Of a stretch of 64,000 nucleotides of DNA, positions 1 through 12,191 are shown piece after piece (position 1 is the stretch's first letter; every line of letters starts with the position of its first letter). The position numbers and the translations under genes were made by a program. The DNA is taken from contig NC_135830.1 of the NCBI RefSeq assembly GCF_964213995.1, positions 4,650,001-4,714,000 on the forward strand, given 5' to 3'. Under the pieces are notes generated by a model, which searched no databases, had not been told where the DNA came from, and saw only the letters and a list, made by a program, of their open reading frames with translations. This DNA comes from Mustelus asterias (Eukaryota).

Positions 1-662
1 CTATCAACCTGGGTGCCAACTTTCAGGGATCTATGCACATGGACACCGAGATCTCTCTGCTCATTCACAATACCAAGTATCTTACCATTAGCCCAGTACT
101 CTGTATTCCTGTTACTCCTTCCAAAGTGAATCACCTCACACGTTTCCACATTAAACTCCATTTGCCACCTCTCAGCCCAGCTCTGCAGCTTATCTATGTC
201 CCTCTGTAACCTGCAACATCCTTCCGCAGTGTCCACAACTCCACCGATTTGAGTGTCATCCGCAAATTTACTAACCCATCCTTCTACGCCCTCATCCATG
301 TCATTTATAAAAATTACAAACAGCAGTGGCCCCAAAACAGATCCTTGCGGTACACCACTAGTAACTGAACTCCAGGATGAACATTTCCCATCAACCACCA
401 CCCTCTGTCTTCTTACAGCTGGCCAATTTCTGATCCAAATCGCTAAATCACTCTCAATCCCATGTGTCCGTATGTTCTGCAATAGCTAACCGTGGGGAAC
501 CTTATCAAATGCTTTACTGAAATCCATACACACCACATCAACCGCTTTACCCTCATTCACTTCTTTGGTCATCTACTCAAATAACTCAATAAGGTTTGTG
601 AGGCACGACCTACCCTTCACAAAACCGTGTTGACTACCCTAATCAAATTATTCCTTTCGAGA
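1..662 (-). mobile_element. CR1 LINE ORF2 reverse transcriptase fragment (degenerate)
   Basis: Minus strand encodes CR1 RT motifs (DFSKAFDKVPHG, SGVPQGSVLGPLLF, KFADDT) closely similar to the near-intact copy at 33150-34295. Confidence 0.92.
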
Positions 663-682
663 TTATTGGCACCCCTCTGGTT

Positions 683-1027
683 CATAGAAATAATAGAAAC
701 CCTACAGTACAGAAAGAGGCCATTGGGCCCATCGAGTCTGCACAGACCACAATCCCACCCAGGCCCTACCCCCATATCCCGACATATTTTACCCACTAAT
801 CCCTCTAACCTACGCATCCCAGGACACTAAGGGGCAATTTTGGCATTGCCAATCAACCTAACCCGCACATATTTGGACTGTGGGAAGAAACCGGAGCACC
901 CGGAGGAAACCCACGCAGACACGAGGAGAATGTGCAATCTCCACACAGACAGTGACCCAAGCCGGGAATCAAACCCCGGTCCCTGGAGCTGTGAAGCAGC
1001 CGTGCTAACCACTATGCTACCGTGCCG
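683..1027 (-). mobile_element. HE1-type shark SINE, full length
   Basis: Minus strand shows a tRNA-like head (cggcacggtagcatagtggttagcac...tttgattccc), the core gggtttcctccgggtgctccggtttc and a CR1-like tail ending in TTTCTATG-type repeats. Confidence 0.9.
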
Positions 1028-1029
1028 TT

Positions 1030-1610
1030 CAGATGTAGACAATCCCGTTTGGAGAGGTTCCACCTACCCCAGAATGAGCCCCAATTATCCAGGTATCTGA
1101 ATCCCTCCCTCCTGCACCATCCTTGTAGTCACATGTTCACCGCTCTCTCTCCCTATTCCTCTCCTCGCTAGCAAGTGGCAAGGGTAACAAACCAGAGATA
1201 ACAACTCTGTTTGTTCTAGCTCTAAGCTTCAACCCTAACACCCTGAAATTCTGTCTTACATCCCCATCCATTTCCCACCTATGTCTTGGGTGCCTATGTG
1301 GATCACGACTTGGGGCTGGTCCCCCTCCCCCTTAAGAATCCCGAAAACACGATCCGAGACATCACGGACCCTGGCACCTGGGAGGCAACACACCAACCGC
1401 GAGTCTCTCTCGTTCCCACAGAATCTCCTATCTGTCCCCCTAATTATGGAGTCCCCAGTGACGAATGTTCTACTCCTCTCCACCCTTCCCTTCCCTTCTG
1501 AGCAACAAGGACATACTCTGTGCCAGAGACCTGTACCCTATGGCTTACACCTATTAATTTGTCCGCCCTAAAGGTATCCAAAACGGTATACTTGTTATAC
1601 AGAGGAACAT
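1030..1610 (-). mobile_element. CR1 LINE ORF1 fragment (SGNH esterase domain)
   Basis: ORF 1256..1483 contains GDSIIRG...CCLPGARVRDV...VVIHIGTQD. Further 3' it reads WCRREGFRYLDNW...RDCLHL. These are the SGNH blocks typical of vertebrate CR1 ORF1p. Confidence 0.85.
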
Positions 1611-1667
1611 TAGCACAATAGTACTATTGTACAATAGTGGTACAATAGTAAATAGAGAGGCGACCGA

Positions 1668-3050
1668 CAACACAACACACACATGACAGACACAAACACA
1701 CATAAATACACACATACAAAAACAGAAATACAGACAAAGAAATATACACAAAGAAAAACACAAACATGCACAAACATTGCACACATAAACAGACACACGA
1801 AAGCGAGCACATGCATACTAACACGCACAAATATTTATACAAACAAATATTGGCATACACACAAATACTCTAACAAAGAAATACGCAGATACATAAGCCT
1901 ATACAAAACAAGTACAAAAATAAACATATATATCCATGTAAATATGCGAATAAACGCACAATTTCACACAAGTGCAAACTCGTGTACACACAATCACACA
2001 CATTCACAGAAGCATAAAGGCGGACAGTCAGACACACAAACAGATGCACCGACACAAAGATACATACTTTCGTGCACACATCCAAGCAGGCACATAAACA
2101 CAGAAATACACATAGAAACACACATAGGCACAGAGTCACACACACGCAAACACACACACACGCACACACGAAAAACACATGCAAATCGACTCGTATTTAC
2201 AAGCGTGCACATGCACACAGACACACACAAGCCCTGACATTAGCACATCAGTTCACACACATACATTACTTACGCAAATGCGCATGTATACACACAAACG
2301 AACACTGAAATCATAGAATCCTAGACATGCACATTAAATACACACATGTGCATACAAACGCACAATTGTACACAGACAGAAACGCACACAAACACGTAAG
2401 CAGGCACACACAAACATATAAAATGCAGACGCGCATAATCACCAAGGACATGGAATGCAAATATAACCTTAATTAAAGAATATGGATTTAAAGATGTACA
2501 TGCTCACACACAAATATAGACACACAGGCGCACGTTAACAGAGTACACATGGACACACAAATACTTAGATCAACAGACGGCAAAATGTTCAAAGACACAC
2601 TTGCAGACGCAAACATTAACATGTCAATACACAAGAGAACACAAACACACACTTTAATACAAATGACGACATGAATATATTTCAAATCATGTTTATAAGA
2701 TCTAACAAAGCATGAAAACACTTTAAAGCACATACACACACACAAACAAATACTACTGCACTGACAGTTGGAAGACCAAAATCATATTAACACATATATT
2801 AATAGGCATGGACGCATAAACATGCATTAATATATACATTACTAAATAAACAGCGACTTGAAAACACAATAAATCACTCGTATATACACATTGACAGAGA
2901 AACGTAATGTACACACAGATACAGAGACATGAATTTGCAAATTAACACACATTGGCACAGGGTCACACATTAACACATACATCCATCAACGCAAACAAGT
3001 AATAATGCAAAGCGAGATGTGCATACGCACACAGACAAACTCAAACACAA
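1668..3050. repeat. Degenerate CA-rich low-complexity tract (intron 5' of the left IgH 3' exons)
   Basis: ACAC/ACAT-rich composition. The overlapping His/Thr and Cys/Val ORFs are repeat artefacts. Mirrored by the TG-rich tract at 63300-64000. Confidence 0.85.
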
Positions 3051-3599
3051 AAGTCAGGCTTTTGACGGAAGTATTATTCAAGTTACTTTTTAAAAGACAT
3101 ATTCTCCAACAATTGTTTCAATAACAAAATAACTCAACAAACACGCTGAAAAATATTCTCAATGAGAAACCGATTTAAGTTAATAATGTAACAAGTGTTT
3201 CCATCGCAGACAAACAAACATGATTGAAACTCACATTCGAGTTCTTAAATAGAAACTTTCACAGTTTACAAATAAACAGGTCAGAAATCTCCCTCGAAAC
3301 ACATCATGATATTCTCCAATAATAGGTAGCATGAAATTGTTGGAAGACGGACTGATACTGAAGAAAAGTTGCCATATTTTCCCATACAGTCTGTCCGAGG
3401 AATGTAAGAAAGAACATGTATGAAAATAGTTGCAGAGATCGGTTACTGAGTGTCACGAACTCAATAGTAGATATATATGAAAATCCAATTAGAAAATGAA
3501 TAGCTTAGGAAGGAGAAATGAGAATATACAAAGTAACATTTAGTTATGCTGGATAAATAAAGCAATCTAATTATATTTCCTCGTTTGTGACCCCCAGAG

Positions 3600-3726
3600 A
3601 CTCCAGCGACCGCATCTGGATTCAAAACAATGAAGATGACAACAGCAACATCTGGACAACCGCTTCAACATTCATAGTCCTGTGCTTCCTAAGCATTTTC
3701 TACAGCACTGCTGTCACTTGGTGGAG
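3600..3726 (+). CDS. IGH: Ig heavy chain TM1 exon (left gene), with a 1-nt deletion near its 3' end
   Basis: Acceptor cccccagag|, phase 1, reading (D)SSDRIWIQNNEDDNSNIWTTASTFIVLCFLSIFYSTAVT-WW, then donor |gtgaga. Matches the IgH TM signature (WTTASTFIVLF.LS..YS.AVT). 127 nt versus 128 nt for the paralog at 61666-61793. Confidence 0.93.
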
Positions 3727-3868
3727 GTGAGATGACTTAATTCACCCTCAGTTCAAACTGGTAGAAGGAAGTGGAAAAATCTCGAAATGTTTCAGTGATT
3801 AAAATACACATTGACAGAGATGCCCCGCATCATAACATCTGCTTCATTGTTGTATCTCTCTTTTACAG

Positions 3869-3877
3869 ATCAAGTGA
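3869..3877 (+). CDS. IGH: Ig heavy chain TM2 exon (IK-stop), left gene
   Basis: tatctctcttttacag|ATCAAGTGA lies 142 nt after the TM1 donor, identical to the paralog at 61528-61536. AATAAA at 3971-3976. Confidence 0.88.
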   Translation: MK

Positions 3878-4654
3878 CGGGTTGAATTTTGGACGCTGTA
3901 GATTTCCTTTAGCTAATTATTAAGATCACTTTATGATTGAAATACAATATCTGCTCTTGGTGACTCTAACAATAAAATTCTCTCAGTTTATCATTCTGCA
4001 CCTGTAACTGAGACAAGCGTGGTCGGTATTTCAGGTTTCAATATGAAATGTACGAGGTTTTTTTGTTGTAATCCAAACTGTAGTTGATAATTTCCCTGTC
4101 GTATAAATGTCATGTATGCATCAATGATTTTTCTCGTTCCTTATTCACAATTGTCCATTTACCGATTTGGTTAGCTCCTATTTAATCTTTCTTGTGTCTG
4201 TAACAGTTTTACATATATTGGACAGCTCGGAGCAGCTGTGTTCTATTCTCAATGTGAAGCTCAAGCTTTATGTTCACTTTTGTCAACTTTAAAACAAACT
4301 CTTCTGAAATTTTTTTTAAATCTTGAATGAAAAATCAACCAATTCTGGCTTTTCTTAACTCCTTTCGCCAAAGCCCATCGACAGAGCTCCATTTTCCCGA
4401 TAACACTGTTACCCCCTTTTCCCAGAAAGATATTTTCCCCCAGTCATGTCTGGGACGTGGCTGAACTCAAGGCTGTTCAGTGAAAGAGTCACTGTGCCAC
4501 CCAATGAATCATCTGTGTAAAGACACTTCATCTCTGCCTTTTTGATGATAAACTCCAGAGACAGAACGATTGAACAGCGAGGAGAACCTGGGTGATTTGA
4601 CACATGAACTGGTCGGTCACCTTCGAGTGTCAGGCAATTCTCAAAAGCAAAGGC

Positions 4655-4960
4655 TCTGCTTCATCAGAGGCCGATGCAGCACAGTATATGAAAGAATAAA
4701 TCTTTCTTTACACTGCCCCACCTAACACTGCAACGATCGCTGCAGCGTTGGGTATCAGAGTAAACCTGTCTCTCGATTGTCCGATTAAATACTTCAAAAG
4801 CAGGGGCGCCACCGGCAGGATAATAAAAAGCGGGGAGAACAGTGAGAACATCGGAGACTGGGATGTTTACCGCAAAGACATGGAATCGAGTACACATTTC
4901 CAAATGATTGCCAGCGTTTGGGGCCTATGTGATATACTCGGGCAAAACACGCAGCAATTC
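4655..4960 (-). pseudogene. Possible highly decayed V-set (antigen receptor V) relic
   Basis: Minus reads VLPEYIT*APNAGNHLEMC...YYPAGGAPAF...DRCSVRWGSVKKDLFFHI, then TAC TGT GCT GCA (YCAA) in another frame. Framework-like motifs are in the right order, but the conserved Trp and a clear RSS are missing. Confidence 0.3.
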
Positions 4961-5232
4961 CCAGATCCTGAGATTAATCTGAAGAAACAAATCAGCTGAA
5001 ATTATGAGAAGTGCTCCCGCATTATACGGCTTATTCTGATACAGATACTCCAGCTTCGCATTTTCTCTTAATGACACAAATAGATATGTTGTCCCCATGT
5101 TCTGTTGGAAACGCACACGCTCCAATTTCTGGTGAACATACAGTGACTGTCTGCTTCAAACTGTCCTTTTTGTATCAATTAACACTGTCCCTCTGATTCC
5201 TTTTTCGACAAAGCATTATCCCCAATAAACGC

Positions 5233-8200
5233 CATTCCCTCTGATAGCATCGCTCTGAACTCAATGAACAACATCCCAGGGAACCTTTCTCCCTACTCCA
5301 TTCCCTCTGACAGCATTGCCCTGAATTCATTGAGCATCATACCAGGGATCCTTCTCCCGGCTCTATTTCCTCTGACTCCATCCCCCTGAACTCACTGAGC
5401 ATCATCCCTGGAATCCTCTCCCCCTGATCCATTCCCTCTGAAACCATCGCCCTGAGCACATTGAACATCACCCCTGCGATCCTCTCTCCCGGCTCCATTC
5501 CTTCTGACAGCATCGCCTCTGAACTCATTGAGCATGATCCCAGGGATCCTCTCTCCCTCCTCCATTCCCTACGACAGCATCGCTCTGAACTCACTGAGCA
5601 TCACCCCAGAGATTTTCTCTCCCGGCTCCATTCCCTCTGACTCCATCCCCCTGAACTCACTGAACATGAACCCAGGGACCAACTCTCCCTGTTCCATTCC
5701 CTCTGGCAGCATCGCCCTGAACTCACTAAGCATCACCCCAGGGATCCTCTCTCCCTGCTCCACACCCTCCAATGGCATCGTGCTGAACTCACTGAACATC
5801 ACCCCAGGGATCCTTTCTCCCTGCTCCATTCCCTCTGACTCCATCCCCCTGAACTCATTGAGCATCACCCCAGGGATTCTCTCTCCCTTCTCCATCCCCT
5901 CGGACTCCTTCCCCCTGAACTCACTGAGCATCACCCGAGAGATCCTCTGTCCCTGCTTCGTCCCTCTGACTCCATCGCTCTGAACTTACTGAGCATCACC
6001 CCAAGGAAACTCTATCCCTGCTCCATTCCCTTTGACTCCATCCCCCCGAACTCACTGAGCATCACCCCAGTGACCCTGTCTCCCTGCTCCACACCCTCTG
6101 ATAGCACCGTCCTGAACTGACTGAACATCACCCCAGGGATCCTCCCTCCCTGCTCCACTCCCTTTGACTCCATCCCCTGAACCCACTCAGCATCACCCCA
6201 GGGATCCTGTCTCCCTGCTGCATTCTCTTTGATCCATACCTCTGAACTCACTGAACATCAAAGAACAAAGAACAAAGAACGGTACAGCACAGGAAACAGG
6301 TCCTTCGGCCCTCCAAGCCCGTGCCGCTCCTTGGTCCAACTAGACCAATCGTTTGTATCCCTCCATTCCCAGGCTGCTCATGTGACTATCCAGGTAAGTC
6401 TTAAACGATGTCAGCGTGCCTGCCTCCTCCACCCTACTTGGCAGCGCATTCCCGGCCCCTACCACCCTCTGTGTAAAAAACGCCCCTCTGATATCTGAGT
6501 TATACTTCGCCCCTCTCAGCTTGAGCCCGTGACCCCTCGTGATCGTCACCTCCGACCTGGGAAAAAGTTTCCCACTGTTCACCCTATCTATACCCTTCAT
6601 AATCTTGTACACCTCTATTAGATCTCCCCTCATTCTCCGTCTTTCCAAGGAGAACAACCCCAGTCTACCCAATCTCTCCTCATAGCTAAGACCCTCCATA
6701 CCAGGCAACATCCTGGTAAACCTTCTCTGTACTCTCTCTAACGCCTCCACGTCCTTCTGGTAGTGCGGCGACCAGAACTGGACGCAGAACTCCAAATGTG
6801 GCCTAACCAGCGTTCTATACAGCTGCATCATCAGACTCCAGCTTTTATACTCTATACCCCGTCCTATAAAGGCAAGCATACCATATGCCTTCTTCACCAC
6901 CTTCTCCAACTGTGTTGCCACCTTCAAAGATTTGTGGACTTGCACACCTAGGTCCCTCTGTGTTTCTATACTCCTGATGACTCTGCCATTTATTGTATAA
7001 CTCCTCCCTACATTATTTCTTCCCCCAGAGATCCTCTCTCACTGCTCCATTCCCTCTGATCCATCCCCCTGAACTCACTGAGCATCACCCCAGGGATCCT
7101 CCCTTCCTGCTACATTTCGTCTGACTCCATCACTCGGAACTCACTGAGCATCACCCCATGGACCCTGTCTCTCTGCTCCACACCGTCTGATAGCATCGTC
7201 CTGAACTCACTGAACATCACCCCAGGGATCCTTCATCCCTGCTCCATGCCCTCTGGCTCCATCCCCCTGAACTCACTGAGCATCACCCCAGGGACCCTCT
7301 CTCCCTGCTCCACACCCTATGATAGCATCGTCCTGAACTCACTGAACATCACGCCAGGGATCCGCTCTCCCTGCTCCATTCCCTCTGACTTCATCCCCTG
7401 AATTCATTGCGCATCACCCCACGGAACCTCCCTCTCTTTTCCATGCCCTCTGACTCCATCGTCCTGAACTCACTTAGCATCAATCCAGGGATCCTCTCTC
7501 CCTACTCCACTCCCTCTGACTTCATCCCCCTGAACTCACTGAACTTCACCGCAGGGAACCTCTCTCCCTGCTCCATTCCCTTTGACTCCATCCCCTGAAC
7601 TCACACAGCAGCACCCCAGGGATCCTGTTTCCCTGCTCCATTCCCTCTGATCCATCCCGCTGAGCTCACTGAACATCACCCCAGGGATTCTTCCTCCCTG
7701 CTCCATGCCCTCTGACTCCATCCCCCTGAACCTGAACTCACTGAGCATCACCCCAGGGACCCTCTCTCCCTGCTCCACACTCTCTCATGGCATCGTCCTG
7801 AACTCACTGAACATCACCCCAGGGATCCTCCCTTCCTGTTCCATGCCCTCTGACTCCATCGCCCTGAACTCACTGAGCATCAATCCATGGGTTCTCTCTC
7901 CCGGCTTCCTTCCCTCTGATAGCATCGCCCTGAACTCACTTTGCATCGCCCCATGGATCCTGTCTCCCTACTCCACTCCCTCTGACTCCATCCCCCTGAA
8001 CTCACTGAGCATCACCCCAGGGATCCTCTCTAACTGCTCCACTTCCACTAACTCCATCCCCCTGAACGCACTGAGCATCACCCCAGGGATCCTCTGAAAC
8101 TGCTCCACTTCGTCTGACTCCATCGCTCTGAACTCACTGAGCACCACCACATGGATCCTATCTCTCTGCTCCATTCCCTCTGTCTCCATCCCCCTGAACT

Positions 8201-9582
8201 CATTGAGCATCACCCCAGGGAATCTCTCTCCCTGCTCCATTCCCTTGGACTCCTTCCCCCTGAACTCACTGAGCATCACCCCAGGGATCCTCTGTCCCTG
8301 CTCCGTCCCTCTGACTCCATCGCTCGGAGCTCACTGAGCATCACGCCAGGGAAACTATATCGCTGCTCCATTCCCTTTGACCCCATCGCCCTGAACTCAC
8401 TCAGCATCACCCCAGGGATCCTCTCTCTCTGCTCCATTCCTTCTGAATCCATCCCCCTGAACTCACTGCGCATCACCCGAGGAATCCTCTCTCCCTGCTC
8501 CACAACCTCTGTTATCATCGTCCTGAACTCACTGAACATCGCCCCACGGATCCTCCCTCCCTGCTCCACTCCCTTTGATTCCATCCCCTGAACCCACACA
8601 GCATCACCCCAGTGATCCTGTCTCCCTGCTCCATTCCCTCTGATCCATCCCCCTGAACTCACTGAGCATCACTCCATGGATTCTTTCTCCTGGCCCGCTT
8701 CCCTCTGATAGCATCGCCCTGAACTCACTGAGCATCACCCCAGGGATCCTCTCTTCCTGCTACATTTCGACTGACTCCATCACCCTGAACTCAATGAGCA
8801 TCACCCCAGGGATCCTATCTTACTGCTCCACTTCGTCTGACTCCATGGCCCTGAACTTACTGAGCACCAGATCCTTTCTCTCCGCTCCATTCCCTCTGAC
8901 TCCATCCCCCTGAACTCACTGAGCATCACCCCAGGGATCCTCTGCCCCGGCTCCATTCCCTTTGATACCATCCCCCTGAAGTCACTGAACATCACCACAT
9001 GGGTCCTCCCTCCCAGTTCCATTCCCTCTGGCTCCATCCCCCTGAACTCACTGAGCATGACCCCAGGGATCCTCTCTTCCTGTTCCATTCCCTCTGACTC
9101 CATCCCCCTGAACTCACTGAGCATCATCCCAGGGATTCTCTCTCACTGCTCCATTCTCTCTGACTCCATCCCCTGAAATCACTCAACTTCACCCCAGGGA
9201 CCCTCTCTGCCTGCTCCATTTCCTCTGGCTGCATCCCCCTGAACGCACTGAACATCACCTCAGCGATCCTCTCTCCCTGCTCCATCCCCTCTGCGACCAT
9301 CGCCCTGAACCCACTGAACATCATCCCAGATATCCTCTCTCCCTCCTGTATCCCACCTGACAGCATCCCCTGAAATATCACCCGAGGGATCCTCTCTCCT
9401 TGCTCCATTCTCTGACACCATCCCCCTGAACTCATTGAGCATCACCCCAGGGATCCTCTCTCCCTGTTCCATTCCTATGACTGCATCCCCCTGAATTCAC
9501 TGAATATCACCCGAGGGACCATGTTTTCCTGCTTCATTCACTCTGATACCATCCCTCTGAACTCACTGAACATCACCCCAAG
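5233..9582. repeat. 66-bp tandem minisatellite (about 50 units), interrupted by a CR1 insertion
   Basis: Unit ctgaactcactgagcatcaccccagggatcctctctccctgctccattccctctgactccatcccc. ORF track shows a 22-aa period (LNSLSITPGILSPCSIPSDSIP). Confidence 0.96.
6261..7022 (-). mobile_element. 5'-truncated CR1 LINE (ORF2 C-terminus + 3' UTR) inserted in the minisatellite
   Basis: Uninterrupted ORF 6340..6945 (LYRTLVRPHLEFCVQFWSPH...LERVQRRFTRM). (GTTCTTT)n tail at ~6261-6280. Confidence 0.95.
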
Positions 9583-10034
9583 AATCTACCAGTGACTTTC
9601 AAAACTTCCCGCCGTGACCATTCTATCCACCTCCATCGCACCATGTTCTTCCGCAGGCTGTTGATGATATCAGCATCTCCTGAGGATTCTGGCCTGGCCC
9701 TTTGTATTTTCCAGCATTCTGCTACCTAAAAATGAGACCTTTTTCATTCTAAAATCCTGAAGTTCAGCTTCTAAATCAGAGTTGTTTACAAATCATATCA
9801 AGCTACTGGAGAACATAATTAACTGCCTGCAGGCAGGTTCAGAAGAACTCCCCTGAATTGGTAAAGTTGAAATTTAAACTTCCTTTCTGCTCGAATCTCT
9901 TTTACTCATCATGTCCACCGGCTCACGCAGCCATGGGCCGTTTTCCCTAACTCTGTTACTTTTACCTTCAGATGGTATCACTCCCCATCGCTATGTTCTT
10001 CCCCAGTCTCGGGAGATTCCACGTTGGTCAGGGC

Positions 10035-10263
10035 GACCGTTTGTTGATGAGGGTCTGCAACGAGCTGCCAGAGGTAGTAATAGTGCTGGGTACAATTTTG
10101 TCTTTTAAAAAGCATTTAGACAGTTACTGGGGCAAAATGGGTACAGAAGGATATGGGCCAAATGTGGACAATTCGGACTATCTTCGTGGTAAAAACTGGG
10201 CGGCATGGATAAGTTGGGCCGGAGGGCCTGTTTCCATGCTGTAAATCTCTGTGACTCTTTGAC
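10035..10263 (+). mobile_element. CR1 3' end fragment
   Basis: Reads NELPEVV...FKKHLDSY, followed by the CR1 3' UTR gggccggagggcctgtttccatgctgta. Confidence 0.75.
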
Positions 10264-10407
10264 ACAATTCTTCATGGTCACAATTGCACATCATTAGTTA
10301 TATTGCATTCGATACTGCCTTATTTTGTATTGTGCAAGGCCTTGCCTTTATTTAAATCACACAAGATAGAGTTCAGTTACGAGCGTATTTGAGACACTGA
10401 CTCTTTT

Positions 10408-10725
10408 CATAGTGGTTAGCACAGCTGCCTCATAGCGCCAGGGACCTGGCTTCAATTCCCGACTTGGGTCACTGTCTGTGTGGAGTTTGCACGTTCTCCC
10501 TGTGTCTGCATGGGTTTCCTCTGGGTGCTCCGGTTTCCTCCCACAGTCCAAAGATGTGCGGGTTAGGTGGATTGGCCATGCTAAATTGCCCCTTAGTGTC
10601 AGGGGGACTAGCTAAGGTAAATACATAGGATTATGGGGATAGGGCCTGGGTGGGATTGTTGTTGGTGCAGACTCGATGGACCGAATGGCCTCCTTCGGCG
10701 TTGTGGGATTCTATCATTCTATAAT
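10408..10725 (+). mobile_element. HE1-type SINE
   Basis: tagtggttagcacagctgcctcatagcgccagggac...gggtttcctctgggtgctccggtttcctcccacagtccaaagatgtgc. Confidence 0.9.
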
Positions 10726-11161
10726 CTGAGACTCCGCTTCATTCTTAAACGTGCTCAGGTCTGTATGACATTAGTTCCTACCTTTGGTAGGAAAATACTT
10801 AACCTTGCCTTAATTTTATTACACTCAACATTTCTAAAGGAGATTTGATCCTGTTTTGTGAGTACATGGGGGCATATTTCGGATCAGTTACACTCGTTTG
10901 TTTCTATCATTCTTGACCATCCAATTTCACTGTTTATATTACAGGAGACCAAGGGTGATGCACCCCCCTCCCCCCAGCGCCCAATCACACTCNNNNNNNN
11001 NNNNNNNNNNNNNNNNNNNNNNNNNNNNNNNNNNNNNNNNNNNNNNNNNNNNNNNNNNNNNNNNNNNNNNNNNNNNNNNNNNNNNNNNNNNNNNNNNNNN
11101 NNNNNNNNNNNNNNNNNNNNNNNNNNNNNNNNNNNNNNNNNNNNNNNNNNNNNNNNNNNNN

Positions 11162-11660
11162 ACATGCCAGAAGAATGTGGATGCTTTGGAGAGGGTGCAG
11201 AAAACAGTTAGCAGGATGGTGCCTGGTATGGAGGGCATTAGCTGTGAGGAGAGGTTGGCAAAACTTGATTTGTCCTCACTGAAACAACAGTGGCTGAGGG
11301 GCGATCTGATAGAAGTCGACAAGAATATGAGGGGCATGGACAGCGTGGATAGCGAGAAGTGTGTTCCCAGGGTGGAAGTGTCATTTAGGAGGGGGTATAA
11401 CTTTAAGATGCGAGTGGCAAGGTTTAAAGGAGATGTACGAGACAAGTGTTTGACACAGACGGTGGAGACGTAGTGAAAGCAGATATGATAGTGATTTTTA
11501 AGGGGTGTCTTGACAAATACATGAATAGGACGTGAATAGAGGTATATGGTCTCTGGAAGGGTAAGCGGTTTTAGTTCACACGGGCAGGATGGTCGATGCA
11601 GGCTTGGAGGGCCGAAGTGCCTGCTCCTGTGCTGTAATTTTCATTGTTCTTTGTTCTTTG
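11162..11660 (+). mobile_element. CR1 3' fragment following the N gap at 10993-11161
   Basis: Reads DALERVQK...LRGDLIEV, with a gttctttgttcttt tail. Confidence 0.85.
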
Positions 11661-11968
11661 CTGATGTAATGCAGGAAACGCAGCAGCAAACGTGCATTGA
11701 GCACCCTCTACCCCCACACAAAAGAAAGTAATGAGAGAAATAAGCACACACTGATTTCTGTGTTGTTAAATGAGGGAGAACAAAATCTGGTTTTAATGTT
11801 ATGACATTGCATTTGAAAGGGCAAACACAGACCGTGATTTACCATTTCATCCAGTATATGGTCCACGCCTGAGTTCAGGACTCCTTCAATGTTGACAACA
11901 CAGAACACTAAGTTTCGTGCCCGAAATACATGGAGGGTGGAATGTTGAACGTGGGACATCCAAGATCT

Positions 11969-11980
11969 TGTGTGTGTATG

Positions 11981-12028
<48 letters not shown>

Positions 12029-12148
12029 CAGATAGAAAGAGAAAGACAAAGAGATAAAGAGAACCAGAGAGACAGACAAATAGATAAAGAGAGACGGAGA
12101 GACAGACAAAGAGATAAAGCGAAACAGAGAGACAGCGACAGCGACACA
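11969..12148. repeat. (TG)n followed by GA-rich microsatellite, just 3' of the GPCR stop
   Basis: Direct reading. Confidence 0.9.
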
Positions 12149-12191
12149 CTGGGCCACTCTGATGTTCCTGGGAAATAATTATTTTTTTCTT

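Noticed and set aside
1554-2745. Cys/Val-rich and His/Thr-rich ORFs (also 28918-29593, 44247-44742, 63515-63848)
   Set aside because: Translations of dinucleotide-rich repeats.
5337-9472. Many 22-aa-repeat ORFs on both strands
   Set aside because: A by-product of the 66-bp unit. Frequent indels break the frames, and there are no splice or start contexts. Not a CRISPR array: there are no unique spacers.
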